Positions 12,233 to 24,440 are shown, counted from the stretch's first letter. The stretch is 64,000 nucleotides of DNA from Octopus bimaculoides (GCF_001194135.2 NC_068982.1:38240868-38304867), one strand, 5' to 3'. Numbers and translations are program-made. The notes: generated by a model from the letters alone, not told the origin.

Positions 12233-12932
12233 CTAGGGAAAAGATATCAAATGGTTATAAAATAATTAACAAAATTTATTTAATGGAATAAAATTAGCTT
12301 GCTAAAACTAAATTTATCTATTTTAGAAAATAAGGCTCTGTGAAAAGTATGTATGGTATGTGGTATTTATTTTTCCTTGATTTTTGGTGAAGTTGTCATT
12401 GTCATGCATCTTATGCTTTTGCAGTGTGTTGATGACACTGCAATGAAAATTTTCTTGATTAAGTGTGAGTTCACCCATCAGATAAAGCTATAACATTACT
12501 TTGACATTCTTATAGTGATTTCTTGGAACAGTTTGCCATTGCCTTCTCCAACTGGATGGCGTTGCCCCACAAGGAGTTCAACTGCTCTTCAGCTGGTCTT
12601 GATTTTAGTCCTGCTAGGTGTCTAAACACCCTCCTCACAAGAGTAGTAAGCTACACAAATGGGGCCCTCGACCATGGAACAGGTAGTACTGGTTTACATG
12701 GTAACAGTAGCAGGTCTTGTCAGCCTGTGATGAGATCCCTGACTGGTGAAGTAAGAGTGCTATATACTCACTGATATACTGAGGAGGTAGTTTAACTTCC
12801 TTCAACAAAAACCATAACCTTTTAAAAAATGGAACTAAAAATAGTGTCTTTTTCATATGTATCTACAATTTCATGTCTAAGAAATCAATAAAAATATATA
12901 AAATGTTATAAAAGAAATAAAAAATAATTTAC

Positions 12933-13003
12933 CTCTCATATACTGGTAAACTGGGATTTGTTTGTCTTGCTTCTTCAAGCAGTTTGCAAACTTTTTCTTT
13001 ATA
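12933..13003 (-). CDS. TBC1D2B: TBC1D2B-like exon (YKEKVCKLLEEARQTNPSLPVYER)
   Basis: cttttttag acceptor, GTAAAT donor, phase 0 to 2. Confidence 0.85.
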
Positions 13004-13251
13004 CTAAAAAAGTTTATACAGGAATATATATATATAAATATATATAAATATTTGACTATTATACTTAGATTTGGACAAATATTTAAAATTATAAAATAAA
13101 ATGAAACAAATGGAAAAAATGATGTTTATTATAGGATCAGGCCTCACTGCAAATGCCTTTGTTAGTTTATTATGAGCACTTATTTTATTATGTACACAAG
13201 AATGAAAGGTAAATTAGCATCAATAAGTTTCAAAATTTGAAATCTAATTTA

Positions 13252-13463
13252 CCCTTTAGCATTTAAACTGGCCATATTTGGTCTAAATATTCTATCTAGT
13301 TTATGTTCAAGATCTGGTCTCTCACACTTATCCTACAATATTATTCTAAAAATATGCAATCACATCATCAAAATCTTAAAGCTACAAGAGAATGTATGGT
13401 TAATTCAAAACAATATGAATAAATAAGCATTACATTTGACAGAGAAATATGAATGTTAAAGGG
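13252..13463 (-). mobile_element. piggyBac-like MITE, copy 2
   Basis: TIR CCCTTTAGCATT / AATGTTAAAGGG, flanked by TTTA and TTAA. Confidence 0.8.
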
Positions 13464-14101
13464 TTAAAACCCTAATTTCAATAACACTTTATAATTATAT
13501 TTACAATCAATGGGTTCTCTATATATTACTGACACAACTACGACAACAACATTTGCTGCCTCCATCTACTGATATTAAGCTCTCCTACCACATCACTGTA
13601 TGTTACTTTTTCAGCTTCGTATTCAATCGTTACTCAGTCCTTCTTCCTCAGAGTTATTTCACTATCCAGAGACAGATCCAAATGTCTCAACAGTTTCAAA
13701 CATTAAAATAAGCTTTTCTGACGTGCAAATAATTTTCTTCAGTGATCTTGCATTTTCTTAGATTCAACCACAATTTATAGATTTAATAAATATTCAAACT
13801 GTTAACATTGTTTTTTCTTCACAGCTTCATTCATACACAACTCTCTTGTTTGGTATCTGATAAGGAATGATGTTATTTTATTCACATGTGAGGATGCAAA
13901 ACAAAAATTAACTTTTCTAACCTTATCCAGGTATTTTCTTTCCTAGCAGTTCAGGAAAGAGTAAAAAGTTATGGACATTGCTTCTTCAGATTTATGAATG
14001 AAAAGTTAAAAAAGCCTTTGAACTCATTTCATGCTAACATTTACAGTTGTTTATAACAATTCAAAACAAATATTAACAGTAACTAAAACAAAAATTCTTA
14101 C

Positions 14102-14234
14102 ATAGGTCTGATTAGTAGAGATAAACTGTGATTCATCAATATTTTCACTTCGAGGAAACTTTATGCATGACTGGATCAAATGGCAGAATTCCCTTTTACA
14201 TGAATAAATTTCTGATTCTAGGATTTTTATTTCA
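14102..14234 (-). CDS. TBC1D2B: TBC1D2B-like exon (DEIKILESEIYSCKREFCHLIQSCIKFPRSENIDESQFISTNQTY)
   Basis: acattttag acceptor, GTAAGA donor, phase 2 to 0. Confidence 0.85.
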
Positions 14235-15199
14235 CTAAAATGTCAATAAGAAACACATCCATCAGTTTAAATATATTTACTGCATAAAAAACAAGTTTAT
14301 CTTTTATCTTTTACTTGCTTCAGTCATTGGACTATGGCCATGCTGGGGTACCACTTTGTAGAGTTTTAGTTGAACAAGTTGACCCCAGGATTTAGATTCT
14401 TTTTTAAAGTCAGGGACTTATGTTGTTGGTCATTTTTGTTGGATTGCTGAGTTGTGGAGATGTAATGTGTATGTCTCTCACCACCATCACTACTATTACA
14501 ACTTTACAATACCAGTTGTAAAGTGGTGGTGGTGAGAGGCATGCACAGGCATAAAAACTCATATACACACACACACACATATATACAACAAACTTCCACA
14601 GAGTTTCTCTCTGCCAAATTCATTCACATGCCATATAAAATGCACTGGTGTTGGTACCACAAAAAAATGCAGCCATGCTGGGGGCATGCCCAAAGCACCC
14701 AGCATACTCTGTAAGGTGGTTGGTGTTAGGAAGGGCGTCCAGCAGTAGAGACCATGCCAAAACAAACAACTGGAGCCTAGACAGTTCTTTGGCTAGCCAA
14801 CTCCTGTCAAACCATCCAAATTATGCCAGCATGGAAAATGGACATTAAACAGTGATGATGAAGACATTTACTTAAGGTGCCATGGAGTAGGACTGAACCT
14901 GAAATCACATGGTTGCAAAACAAGCTTCTGAACTCACACAACCAATCTTGTGCCTATGTCTCCTGGTAAAGTTTTGTAAAGTTTTAGACACTTGTTATTT
15001 TACATTTCTAAATTTTGAAGATTAGAAATTTACCCCAACATATCAGTGGCAAACTTTGTGAACTAAGGATAAACTTGCGGATAAACAGTGATATTCACTA
15101 ATGATAAACAATGATAAACTTTATGAACTAAAGCCTGTAGGAATTGATTGAGGATTAAGAATTTTTTTTATTGTTATTATAAATGTGACTTAAAAATCC

Positions 15200-15520
15200 A
15201 AATTATGAGGAGACTATGGTGGTTTTGTCACATGTTGCAGCACCCCCATGATGAACTTCTTTGGAAAGCAATAACACCAGAACCTCTCCTGGGTTGGCGT
15301 AAGTGGAGATGTGGTCAGCTGAAGACATGGATCATGACAGTCAAAGCAGATATGGAACTTGTTTTTGGCCCTTGAGTCTTCGGTGTTCATCACTGGAACT
15401 GGGAATGTCTTCAACACGCTGCAGAATTGGCTACCAACAGACGTGCATGGACCACTTTGACCCGTGATGTTGTGACCTCAATAGGAGCTGGCTTAACCCC
15501 TATCCCCACCCTGGGTTAAA
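15200..15520 (+). mobile_element. C-terminal fragment of a second RTE-type LINE
   Basis: RRLWWFCHMLQHP...GWRKWRCGQLKTW..TVKADM resembles the RTE RRLRWFGH...RGRPxKTW terminus. Confidence 0.7.
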
Positions 15521-16097
15521 TCTGTTACAAGGCAAGAAGGAGAGAAGATATTAGTATTTTCTTTTATTGATTTCTTGTCATATTTTCATTGGCCAACTTA
15601 TTGTCTTGTGCAGGCAAGAACAAACTTTTTTGAGAAGGAGGCTGCATGGAACTTGACTCACCATCAGGCAGACCGCACTACTAAGAAAAATTTAAGGTAA
15701 TTTTTCATTAGATATGCCATTCAGAAAGACTCACTGGCAGCAGTGCGTCTCGTGCAGATCTATGAAATGTGTACTTGACTGATTTTAGATTATAGAACTA
15801 ATGCTCATGATAACACCGAGCTGAAAATGCTTTGCTTCTTATGAGCTGTGGTAAGGTACTGTAATAACCAGTGATAAAAAGCTAAAAAGGAAGTCTCTGT
15901 GGAGTTGTTTGACTTGTTAGAAATAGCTACCAAATTTTATTTTAGATTACAACAAACCTGCTTCAAAAGAAGACACAGTAGAAATGTAATCTTAGAGATG
16001 ACAAGTCTGAAGAAAAAACAAAAAAAAGAAAGCATAATGATCCCAGCTGGAAAAACTTCAGCAGTTGTTATGTTTGATCAGAGATGACATGAGGTTA

Positions 16098-16230
16098 AAC
16101 AACAACAACAACAACAGCAGTAGCAGCAGTGGCAGTAGCAGCAGCAGCAGTAGTTGTAACAGCAACAACAACAGTAGCAGCAGTAACAGTAGCAGTAGAA
16201 GCAGCAGCACAATCCCCCATGAAAACTACA

Positions 16231-16283
<53 letters not shown>

Positions 16284-16309
16284 AAGAAGAAGAACAACAA
16301 CAAAAAAAA
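16098..16309. repeat. Composite trinucleotide tract (CAA/CAG/TAG/CTA/GAA)
   Basis: Read directly; gives the poly-N/S/Y/T pseudo-ORFs in the track. Confidence 0.95.
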
Positions 16310-16409
16310 GATGTTTAAACCAGATATCTCAGCCAAATAGAAATAATTTAAATAAAAATAACAATTTGATAATGAATAAATGTATATATATATATGTATA
16401 TTTACGTAC

Positions 16410-16550
16410 TCATATTGGTCAGCATATTTCAACTGATCTTGCTGACGAAATGTTGCAAGTCTTTGAACTTCCTTATTGAGGAAACGATTCTTATTTTGCA
16501 AAACTCGAATATGTTCTTGGATCTCTTTAACTTTTTTTGAAGCATTCTCA
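16410..16550 (-). CDS. TBC1D2B: TBC1D2B-like exon, coiled coil (ENASKKVKEIQEHIRVLQNKNRFLNKEVQRLATFRQQDQLKYADQY)
   Basis: gctttcag acceptor, GTACGT donor, phase 2 to 2. The NxFLNxE motif is shared with the TBC1D2 family. Confidence 0.88.
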
Positions 16551-16801
16551 CTGAAAGCATGACATGTATGTAGAATAATTAAAATCAGAGTTTATTCAAT
16601 TTTGGTGTTTGCTATGAGTGAAACAATATATTTAAAACTATAAACTAAATACAGAAAATATTGATTGATGTGTATGCATAGATTAGTTAATTTCATGGAG
16701 ATATATGTATGTCTGTGTGTGTGCTGTGCCTGTGTGCTGTATGTGTGTATGCTGAGGGTGTGAGTATTGAGACAAAACAGCTGTTACATATACAAACATG
16801 G

Positions 16802-16849
<48 letters not shown>

Positions 16850-16957
16850 CCTCCCTCCCTCCCTCCTCTCTCTCTCTCACTGTCTGTCTGTCTGTCTGTC
16901 CATCTCTCTCTATATATATATATGTATATATGTGTGTGTGTGTGTATGTGTGTGTGT

Positions 16958-17658
16958 GTACAAGATGGTATCAAAATGTTCCTGGGCTAGTTCTGTAGCA
17001 TGCCAACAGGTGGCAGCACATGATTGCATGCTCAACGAGAGCTAGCAGTGACCTTCATAAGATAGTATGCTGAGTAACATCACCGTGTTTACTTTGTGAG
17101 TTGTGAAATTTGTATTTTTGTGATCACATGTATGCTGTATTCTGCAGTTTTGTCATGGACATCGCATCAAAGTCTTTCAAGATCTCTATCAACGTGCCAC
17201 TGATGACTCATCCTTCATGTCAAGGATCATCACGGGTGACAAGAGTTGGGTCAACAGGTATGACCCTGAGATGAAGTAGTAGTCATCACAATGGAAGAAC
17301 CCTTAATTTCCATGATGATAGAGCTGCAGCTCAATCAAGAGCATGCGACCCCTTTTTTTTTTTTTTGTGATCCTCAATATTGTGCATTGAGAATTCATCC
17401 CCCAGGACCAGACTGTCAATCGAGAGTTCTACAGCAACGTTTTGAAGTACTTGAGGGAGGACATTCAGCGAAAGTGACCAGATCTGTGGGTTACGAAGAC
17501 TTGGATTTTTCACAGTTATAATGCACCTTGTCATTGAGCTCTCCTCACTGATGAGTTTCTAGCCAAAAACAACATGGTATCACTTCTACACTTGTCCTAT
17601 TTGCCAGATTTAGCACCTGTGGACTTCCATCTCTTCCCCAAGATGAAAATGCAGCTTT
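16958..17658 (+). mobile_element. Decayed mariner fragment in intron
   Basis: EFIP.GQTVNREFYSNVLKYLRE..., FHSYNAPCH and YLPDLAPVDFHLFPKMK. Confidence 0.8.
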
Positions 17659-17687
17659 TAAAAATCATAAAGAAATTTGATATTTAC

Positions 17688-17828
17688 TTTTTTAAACCTG
17701 GTTGTGAACTCATTTCGAGTTCTTCAATATGCTGGTCTAATTGTAAAATTATCAAATCTTTTCTGGCTATTGTCTCTTGGTAAGTTGTTAAAGTGTTTAG
17801 TACTTTAGCTAAAGTACACTTGGTTTCC
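17688..17828 (-). CDS. TBC1D2B: TBC1D2B-like exon, coiled coil (ETKCTLAKVLNTLTTYQETIARKDLIILQLDQHIEELEMSSQPGLK)
   Basis: attttccag acceptor. The GTAAAT donor gives the phase 2 required by the next exon. Heptad-like content. Confidence 0.82.
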
Positions 17829-17945
17829 CTGGAAAATATAAACATCGAGAAAGTTGAGTTAAGCAATGTATGTTAGATTTATTGAAAAGTGGAAGGCAAT
17901 GAAGAAGAGAAACAAAGCTCATTCACAGGACAAATAATGTATTAA

Positions 17946-18165
17946 CTCTTTGACATTCAAATGACTCTGTCAAATGTAATGCTTATTTATTCATATTGTT
18001 TTGAATTTATCATGCATTGTCTTGTGGCTTCATGATTTCAATGATGTGATTATTTATTTTCACAATGGCATTGTAGGGTAAGTGTGACATGTTGGACCTG
18101 GTAAGTTTGAACATAAAAGCGGCAGAATATTTTGGCTGGAAATGGCTAGTTTAAATGTTAAAGGG
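17946..18165 (+). mobile_element. piggyBac-like MITE, copy 3
   Basis: TTAA-CTCTTTGACATT ... AATGTTAAAGGG-TTAA. Confidence 0.8.
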
Positions 18166-18171
18166 TTAAGG

Positions 18172-18316
18172 CAGGCATGAGCAATCTTTTTTGAGAAGTA
18201 GGCTACATAATGCATAGTTCATCACCCTGTGGGCCACACTACAAAAAATTTCAAGGTATATTTTCATTAAGCATGCCATTCAGAAAGTCCCATGGGTGGT
18301 AGGTTGCCCATTATTG
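18172..18316 (+). mobile_element. Short hAT-like element (related copy at about 15611-15755)
   Basis: Starts CAGGCATGAGCAA and ends GGTTGCCCATTATTG. Shares ATTTTCATTA..TATGCCATTCAGAAAG with the 15611 copy. Confidence 0.55.
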
Positions 18317-18767
18317 TATTAAGGTGACATTGATCAAAAGAAAAAAAATTCTGTGAACTTCATTTCACAGAATTCATTTATGGAAAGCTCACAATTTCAC
18401 AGAAAGACAAAGAAAGAAATGGGAGATGATACTTCTTAGAACTTTTAAGAAAGCTCAGTTTAAGTAAAAAACATGGTTTGGGTTGTGATCAGAAATTTAG
18501 TGAACATGGGATAAACTTATGTGACTAATGCCACCAATGAAAAGTCAATGAATGATTAAGTGTAATCAGATGATTGCTAATTGCCTATAAGAGAACAATA
18601 TGGAAGATATGGTATATAGGACCTTAACAAAGATCAATTAGAGCAGACTAAGAACCATTTATAATTGAACAAAATTTGTTAATCATCAATATAACAGGTT
18701 ATCTAACAACATCTATTAGCAACCTACTTGATAGTTTGAGCTAAGAATTAATTATTCTAAAACTCAC

Positions 18768-18860
18768 ATGAGTTCTTCTTCAAGCTCTGTTTCTCTTGCC
18801 ACATGTTTATTTTCTACACTATTCTCATCTGAAACATTCTCCTTTTTGTTGCAGCAACTT
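18768..18860 (-). CDS. TBC1D2B: TBC1D2B-like exon (SCCNKKENVSDENSVENKHVARETELEEELM)
   Basis: ctattttag acceptor, GTGAGT donor, 93 nt, phase 2 to 2. Confidence 0.8.
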
Positions 18861-20304
18861 CTAAAATAGAATGAAATAAAATGAATGTGAAGTCTTTTAT
18901 CAAAAAAAAAAAAATATATATATATATATTTTAAAACTTTAGATAAATAATTCATTTGTGGAAGCATATCAAGGCTTCCCAGTACTCAGAAGTAAATACA
19001 CTTTAGGCACCTGTTATCTTAATTAACAGGCCTGGTATGGTAGCGGAAATTTTGCAGATCTTTGCTCCAGTACCAGAGTGTGTGTGGGGTGTGGTGAGAA
19101 AATTTTCCTCTTAACTATACTTCTACTTATTTGTGTAAGTTAGGAAATATAGCTAGGACATTTATAATGAACCTAAACTGAAAAGTTTGTAGTGGATTCA
19201 ATATACATACATACACACATTCCAATGAAGGTGCTTTGGATCTAGGTTAGAAACTGGTTCTTTCTCTATTGTCAAGACATCTTGAAATAAAACTAAACAA
19301 TCACATACATTTAAATATATATGAGCATGTCTAGATATGCAACTATATGCATGAAAATGCATGCATAAAACAAAACATACAAATCTGCACACATACATAC
19401 AGAAATACATACATACATACATACATACATACATACATACAAAAATACCCTGTTCTTTATGTTGAAATTCCAATGAAGGACCCATGGATCTAGGTTAGAA
19501 ACAGGCTCTTTCTCTGTTGCCAAGAAATCTTGAAATAAAACTGAATAATGACATACATACATACATACATACATCACCCTCACCACCACCACCACCACTA
19601 CCATCAAACCTATACCAGCATGGAAGACAGGTGCTAAATTATGATGATGATAATGACGATGATGATGATGATACACACTTACACCCACATATGCACACAC
19701 ATACACATGTACAAAACATACATACATACATACATACATACATGCAAGAGAAAACAATACGGTGGAAAATTTTAAAGCAAATAAATTAATTATCAAGCAA
19801 ATAAATTAATTATCATCATTACTTTAACATCTAATTTTCCATTCTTCCGAGTAAGGTAATATTTCCCCATGACTAAACATGTTTTTGTGGATGATTGTTA
19901 ATGAACAATTTGTATGATAGTGACAGTCATTTACAACAATCATGCTATGTCAAGACAAGGGCACACACACACACAGATGCACGTACGCACGCACATACAT
20001 GCATATNNNNNNNNNNATATAAGTATGCGACAGGCTTCTTTCGGTTTCCATCTACCAAATCCAGTCACAAAGCTTTGGTCAGCTTAGGGGTTGTAGAAGA
20101 CACTTTTGCAAATTACCACATAGTGGGACTGGACCTGAAATCATGTAATTGGGAAACAAATTTCTTAACCACCCCACCACAGCCACACCTTCCATTTATT
20201 ATTTAATTATAAAATCTTGAAACATGTATAATGATTGTGTAAACTTTAATAACTGCCTATCACATTTCTATAAACAATAGGAAAAGAAAAAAATCAGTCC
20301 TTAC

Positions 20305-20593
20305 TTTGTTTCAGCAAGAACGGATGTAATTTCTCGAATAGTTTCTCCTGTGATAGTATTTCGTTTATTTCGTTTGTTTTGCTTTGCACTTCGTGTAGGG
20401 TTGTGATTATTTTCAGCAGTTTGTTCACAATTGTTCACTACTTCAGAACTCTTACTGAAAGTACTAGACGAGATAAATGATGACTTTTCAATAGCCTCGT
20501 TGTTCTTATGATTTGAAATTGCTTTAGTTTGGTTTTGGAGTTCAAAGTCAGCCGTTAAATTCTTTGCTTTCGTTGATGAGTCTTTTAAAGAAT
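20305..20593 (-). CDS. TBC1D2B: TBC1D2B-like exon, low-complexity linker (DSLKDSSTKAKNL...TIREITSVLAETK)
   Basis: Lies within track ORF 20301..20642. Polypyrimidine tract then caaaag acceptor, GTAAGG donor, phase 1 to 2. Confidence 0.75.
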
Positions 20594-21463
20594 CTTTTGT
20601 AAAGAAAAGAAATATTTGAATAATAGATACAAATAAAATCAAAGAAATACATCAAGGATATAATCTGTTTGAAAATTCATATCTATATTTCTTTCTATTA
20701 TATGCACAAGGCCTGAAATTTTGCAAGAGAGGTTTATTTGATTACATCAACCCCAGTGCTTGACTAGTACTTATTTCGTTGGCCCTAAAAGGATGAAAGG
20801 CAAAGTTGATCGTGGCAGAATTTGAACTTAGTATGTAAAGATGGATGAAATGCCACTTAAGCATTTTGTCTGGTGTACTAATAATTCTGCCAGCTTGCAG
20901 CTTTAAAATTCATATCTATATTATTTATTCTGTCAGATTTTATTTCATATCCTTTTTGCTATAGGTACAAAGCCTGAAATTTTGGGAGAAGGGGATAGTT
21001 GATCACATCGATCCTAGTTCTGAAATGGGACTTATTTTATGAACCCTGAAAGGATGAAAGACAATGTTGACTTCAGCAGAATTTGAGCTCAGAATGTAAA
21101 GACAGACAAAATTCTTATTAGCACTTTTTCCAGTATGCTAATGATTCTGCCAGCTCACCACATTAGGCCTTACTTTAATGTAAGATAATACCAGGTAAAT
21201 TTGTAATCTTTTCCATCATATATTAAACTAAGACTATAAATTTAACCTGTCTTGGTGAACCTTTTAAACCTATGGTAAAGGTTTTTTGAAGTAAAAAAAT
21301 AAAAATAATAACAAAGTAATATCATTGCAATGAACCACTTTTAGGCTTATTGGACAACTCTTTGAGCTTATTTATTTAACAAAGCTACTGTTCTTGAATG
21401 CATATTTATAAACAAAAACAAAGAAAAAACAAAAAGCGAATCCTAACATTTATCTAAGCTTAC

Positions 21464-21517
21464 CTTTAAATAATGGTGGTAGTGATCTCATTCGGATTAG
21501 ACTTTTTTTCTCCACAT
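21464..21517 (-). CDS. TBC1D2B: TBC1D2B-like exon, linker (HVEKKSLIRMRSLPPLFK)
   Basis: 54 nt, AG acceptor, AAG|GTAAGC donor, phase 1 to 1. Confidence 0.7.
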
Positions 21518-22266
21518 CTTTCCATAAAAAAGTATAAATAACCAAAATTAGATTAACTGCCCAAAATAATTTCAGATTTCCATAGAAATTGTTTATCAGA
21601 TTAATTCAAAGAATCATGCATCATAAAATTTGCATGCAACTCTCATATTGTCCATCAGCTACTCAAATTGGCTTGAATTTATACATTTTAAAGTACAGGT
21701 ATCTGAATATAAAAAATGTATATGCTTCTAATAGAAGCAACAGTTTGAAATAACATGCATTTTATAACTACTGTAAGATTATCACCATAGATTGCATCAT
21801 ACGAAAATGGATTTGTTAATTGTGTTCCCTACTCATTATATCATTTATCACTTTTGTCAATCTCTATTTAACGTCTCTGAAATTTTTGCACAACATACAT
21901 AAAAATTCCCAATTCATTTTCATCCATAAAACATTGATTTTAAATACTTGCATAATACCTGTCTTACATCATCATCATCTTCATTATTTAAATGTTCACT
22001 TTTCCATGTTTGTATGGGTCTTACAAAATTTATTAACGCATATGTTCTATGCTATGATGCCCTTCCTGTCACCAACCCTTATCTGTTTCCAAGGAAGGTA
22101 ATATTTCCCCCATGTGTAGACATGTTTATGAAAATTATTGGAAATGAATGACAGTGTGTATGAGGTATGACAGTGACACAAACACATACACACAAAGAGA
22201 CACAAACACATACACACACTCTCACACATACATAAATGTATACATGTACGCATATATATATGCATA

Positions 22267-22302
<36 letters not shown>

Positions 22303-22329
22303 CATATATATGTGAGTGTGTGTGTATGG

Positions 22330-22396
<67 letters not shown>

Positions 22397-22399
22397 CAA

Positions 22400-24000
22400 G
22401 CAGAGATACAAGACTTGTACAGGGATGCTACCAGTATGATGAGGGTGGGCAATGAGTACAGCGAAGAATTCAAGGCACAAGTAGGAGTTCACCAAGGATC
22501 AGTGCACAGCCCCCTCTTGTTCATCATAGTCCTCCAGACAATAACAGAGGAATTCAAGACAGGCAGCCCCTGGGAGCTCCTCTGTGCTGATGACATTGCT
22601 CTTATAGCTGAATCACTACCTCAACTAGAGAAGTTCCAGGTATGGAAGCAAGGTCTAGAATCAAAGGGCCTTAGGGTTAACTTAGCAAAAACCGAAGTCA
22701 TAGTTAGCAGGAAGGTAGACAGAAAACAAATCCCTTCAGGTAGATGGCCCTGCTCAATCTGTAGAAAAGGTGTAAGCAGAAACTCTATAAGGTGCACTCA
22801 ATGTAAGTTTTGGACACATAAAAAGGTGCAGCAACATCTGAGAAAGGTTAACAAGGTAACTAACTTTTGTATGTGGAAGGTGCACAAGTACAATAAATGC
22901 TGGAAATGTGCAGAAAACAGGCTCCATCAACTACCAGGGGGCAAGTTAGAGGTAGTAGATAGCTTCCATTATCTAGGTGACCAAGTTAGTAGTGGAGGTG
23001 GATGTTCTGAGAGCGTAGCTGTGAGAATAAGTTTAGGCTGGGCAAAGTTCAGAAGGTCCTACCTCTGCTGGCAACAAAGGGCCTCTCTCTCTCAGAGTGA
23101 AAGGCAGTTTGTTTGATGCCTGTGTGCAAACAGCCATGCTGCATGGGCAGTGAAACATAGGCTGTGACAGCCGAGGACATGCTTTGACTTGAAAGAAATG
23201 AAGCCAGTATGCTTTGCTGGATGTGCAATGTCAGTGTGCATGTTTGACAGAATGTAAGCATCTTGAGAGAAAGTTAGGCATAAAAGGAATCAAATGTGGT
23301 GTGCAATAGAAACAACTGTGCTGGTCATGTGATGTGTATGGATGAGGACAGCTGTGTAAAGAAGTGCTGATCTCTAACTGTGAAGGGAACCTGTGGTTGA
23401 CCCAGGAAGACATGGGATGAGGTGGTGAAGCATGATCTTCGAACTTTGAGCATTCCCAGAGGCAATGATTGGTGACTGATACCTTTGGTGAGGTGCTGTG
23501 CTTGAGAGGACCCATTAAGCCAAGTGCATCCATGCTGGTGGCACGTAAAGAACATCATATGAATGTTGAGCCTCATGGAGGCAAAGTGGCTGAGTTTCTT
23601 TTGAGCATTGGGCCTCACAGAGGCAAAGTGGCTGAGTTCCTTTAGAGTGTTGGACCTCATGGAGGTGAATATCAAGGCTTTTGACATTATGTCATGCCTG
23701 AGAAGAAGACCCATCAAGTTGAGCAAAATTGCAGTCATGGCAGATACTGGTATCATGCAAATTGGCACCCATACCACTGGCCCATAAATGCATCCCGGTG
23801 TCATGCAAATGACACCCATGCTGGTGGTTTGTAAATGTACCTATTACACTCTCAAAGTGGTTGGCATTAGGAAGGGTATCCAGCCATAGAAATCCATGCA
23901 AAATCAGACTGGAATCTGGTGCCATCTTCCAGCGTGCCAGTCCAGTCAAACCGTCCAACCCATGCCAGCATGGACAACAGACGTTAAATAATGATGATGA
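22400..24000 (+). mobile_element. 5'-truncated RTE-clade LINE: RT, PHD-like finger, C-terminus, repetitive 3'UTR and (GAT)n tail
   Basis: RT motifs VGVHQGSVHSPLLF, LLCADDIAL and GLRVNLAKT, then VDSFHYLGD. Several frameshifts and stops. Confidence 0.9.
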
Positions 24001-24063
24001 TATATATAAAAATGAATAGAAAATGGAGATATACAACTGACAATTCAAAAATTAAAATTTATT

Positions 24064-24440
24064 GAGTGGCTATGTAGTAAGTAGCTTGCTTACCAACTAC
24101 ATGGTTCTGGGTTCATTCCCACTGTGTGGCACCTTGGGCAAGTGCTTTCTACTATAGCCTTGGGCCGACCAAAGCCTTGTGAGTGGATTTGGTAGGTGGA
24201 AACTGAAAGAATCCCATCGTATATATGTATATATATATGTATGAATGTGTGTGTATATGTTTGTGTGTCTGTGTTTGTCCCCCCCAACATCGCTTGACAA
24301 CTTAGCGGTTCGGCAAAAGAGACCGATAGAATAAGTACTAGGCTTACAAAGAATAAGTCCTGGGGTCGATTTGCTCGACTAAAGACAGTGCTCCAGCATG
24401 GCCGCAGTCAAATGACTGAAACAAGTAAAAGAGTAAAAGA
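24064..24440 (+). mobile_element. tRNA-headed SINE family C, near full length (other copies: 46557-46947 +, 14300-14620 -, 33215-33625 -, 63725-64000 -, 6960-7115 -, 20020-20190 -, 24980-25130 -, 60900-61065 -, 4800-4985 -)
   Basis: A-box-like TGGCTxTGTGGTAAG and B-box-like GGTTCAxTCCC, internal (TA)n(TG)n, tail GAAACAAGTAAAAGAGTAAAAG; recurs many times. Confidence 0.85.

Noticed and set aside
19031-19076. Small hairpin CTGGTA…TACCAG as a pre-miRNA
   Set aside because: Too short, depends on G-U pairs that vanish on the transcribed (minus) strand, and has no supporting context.
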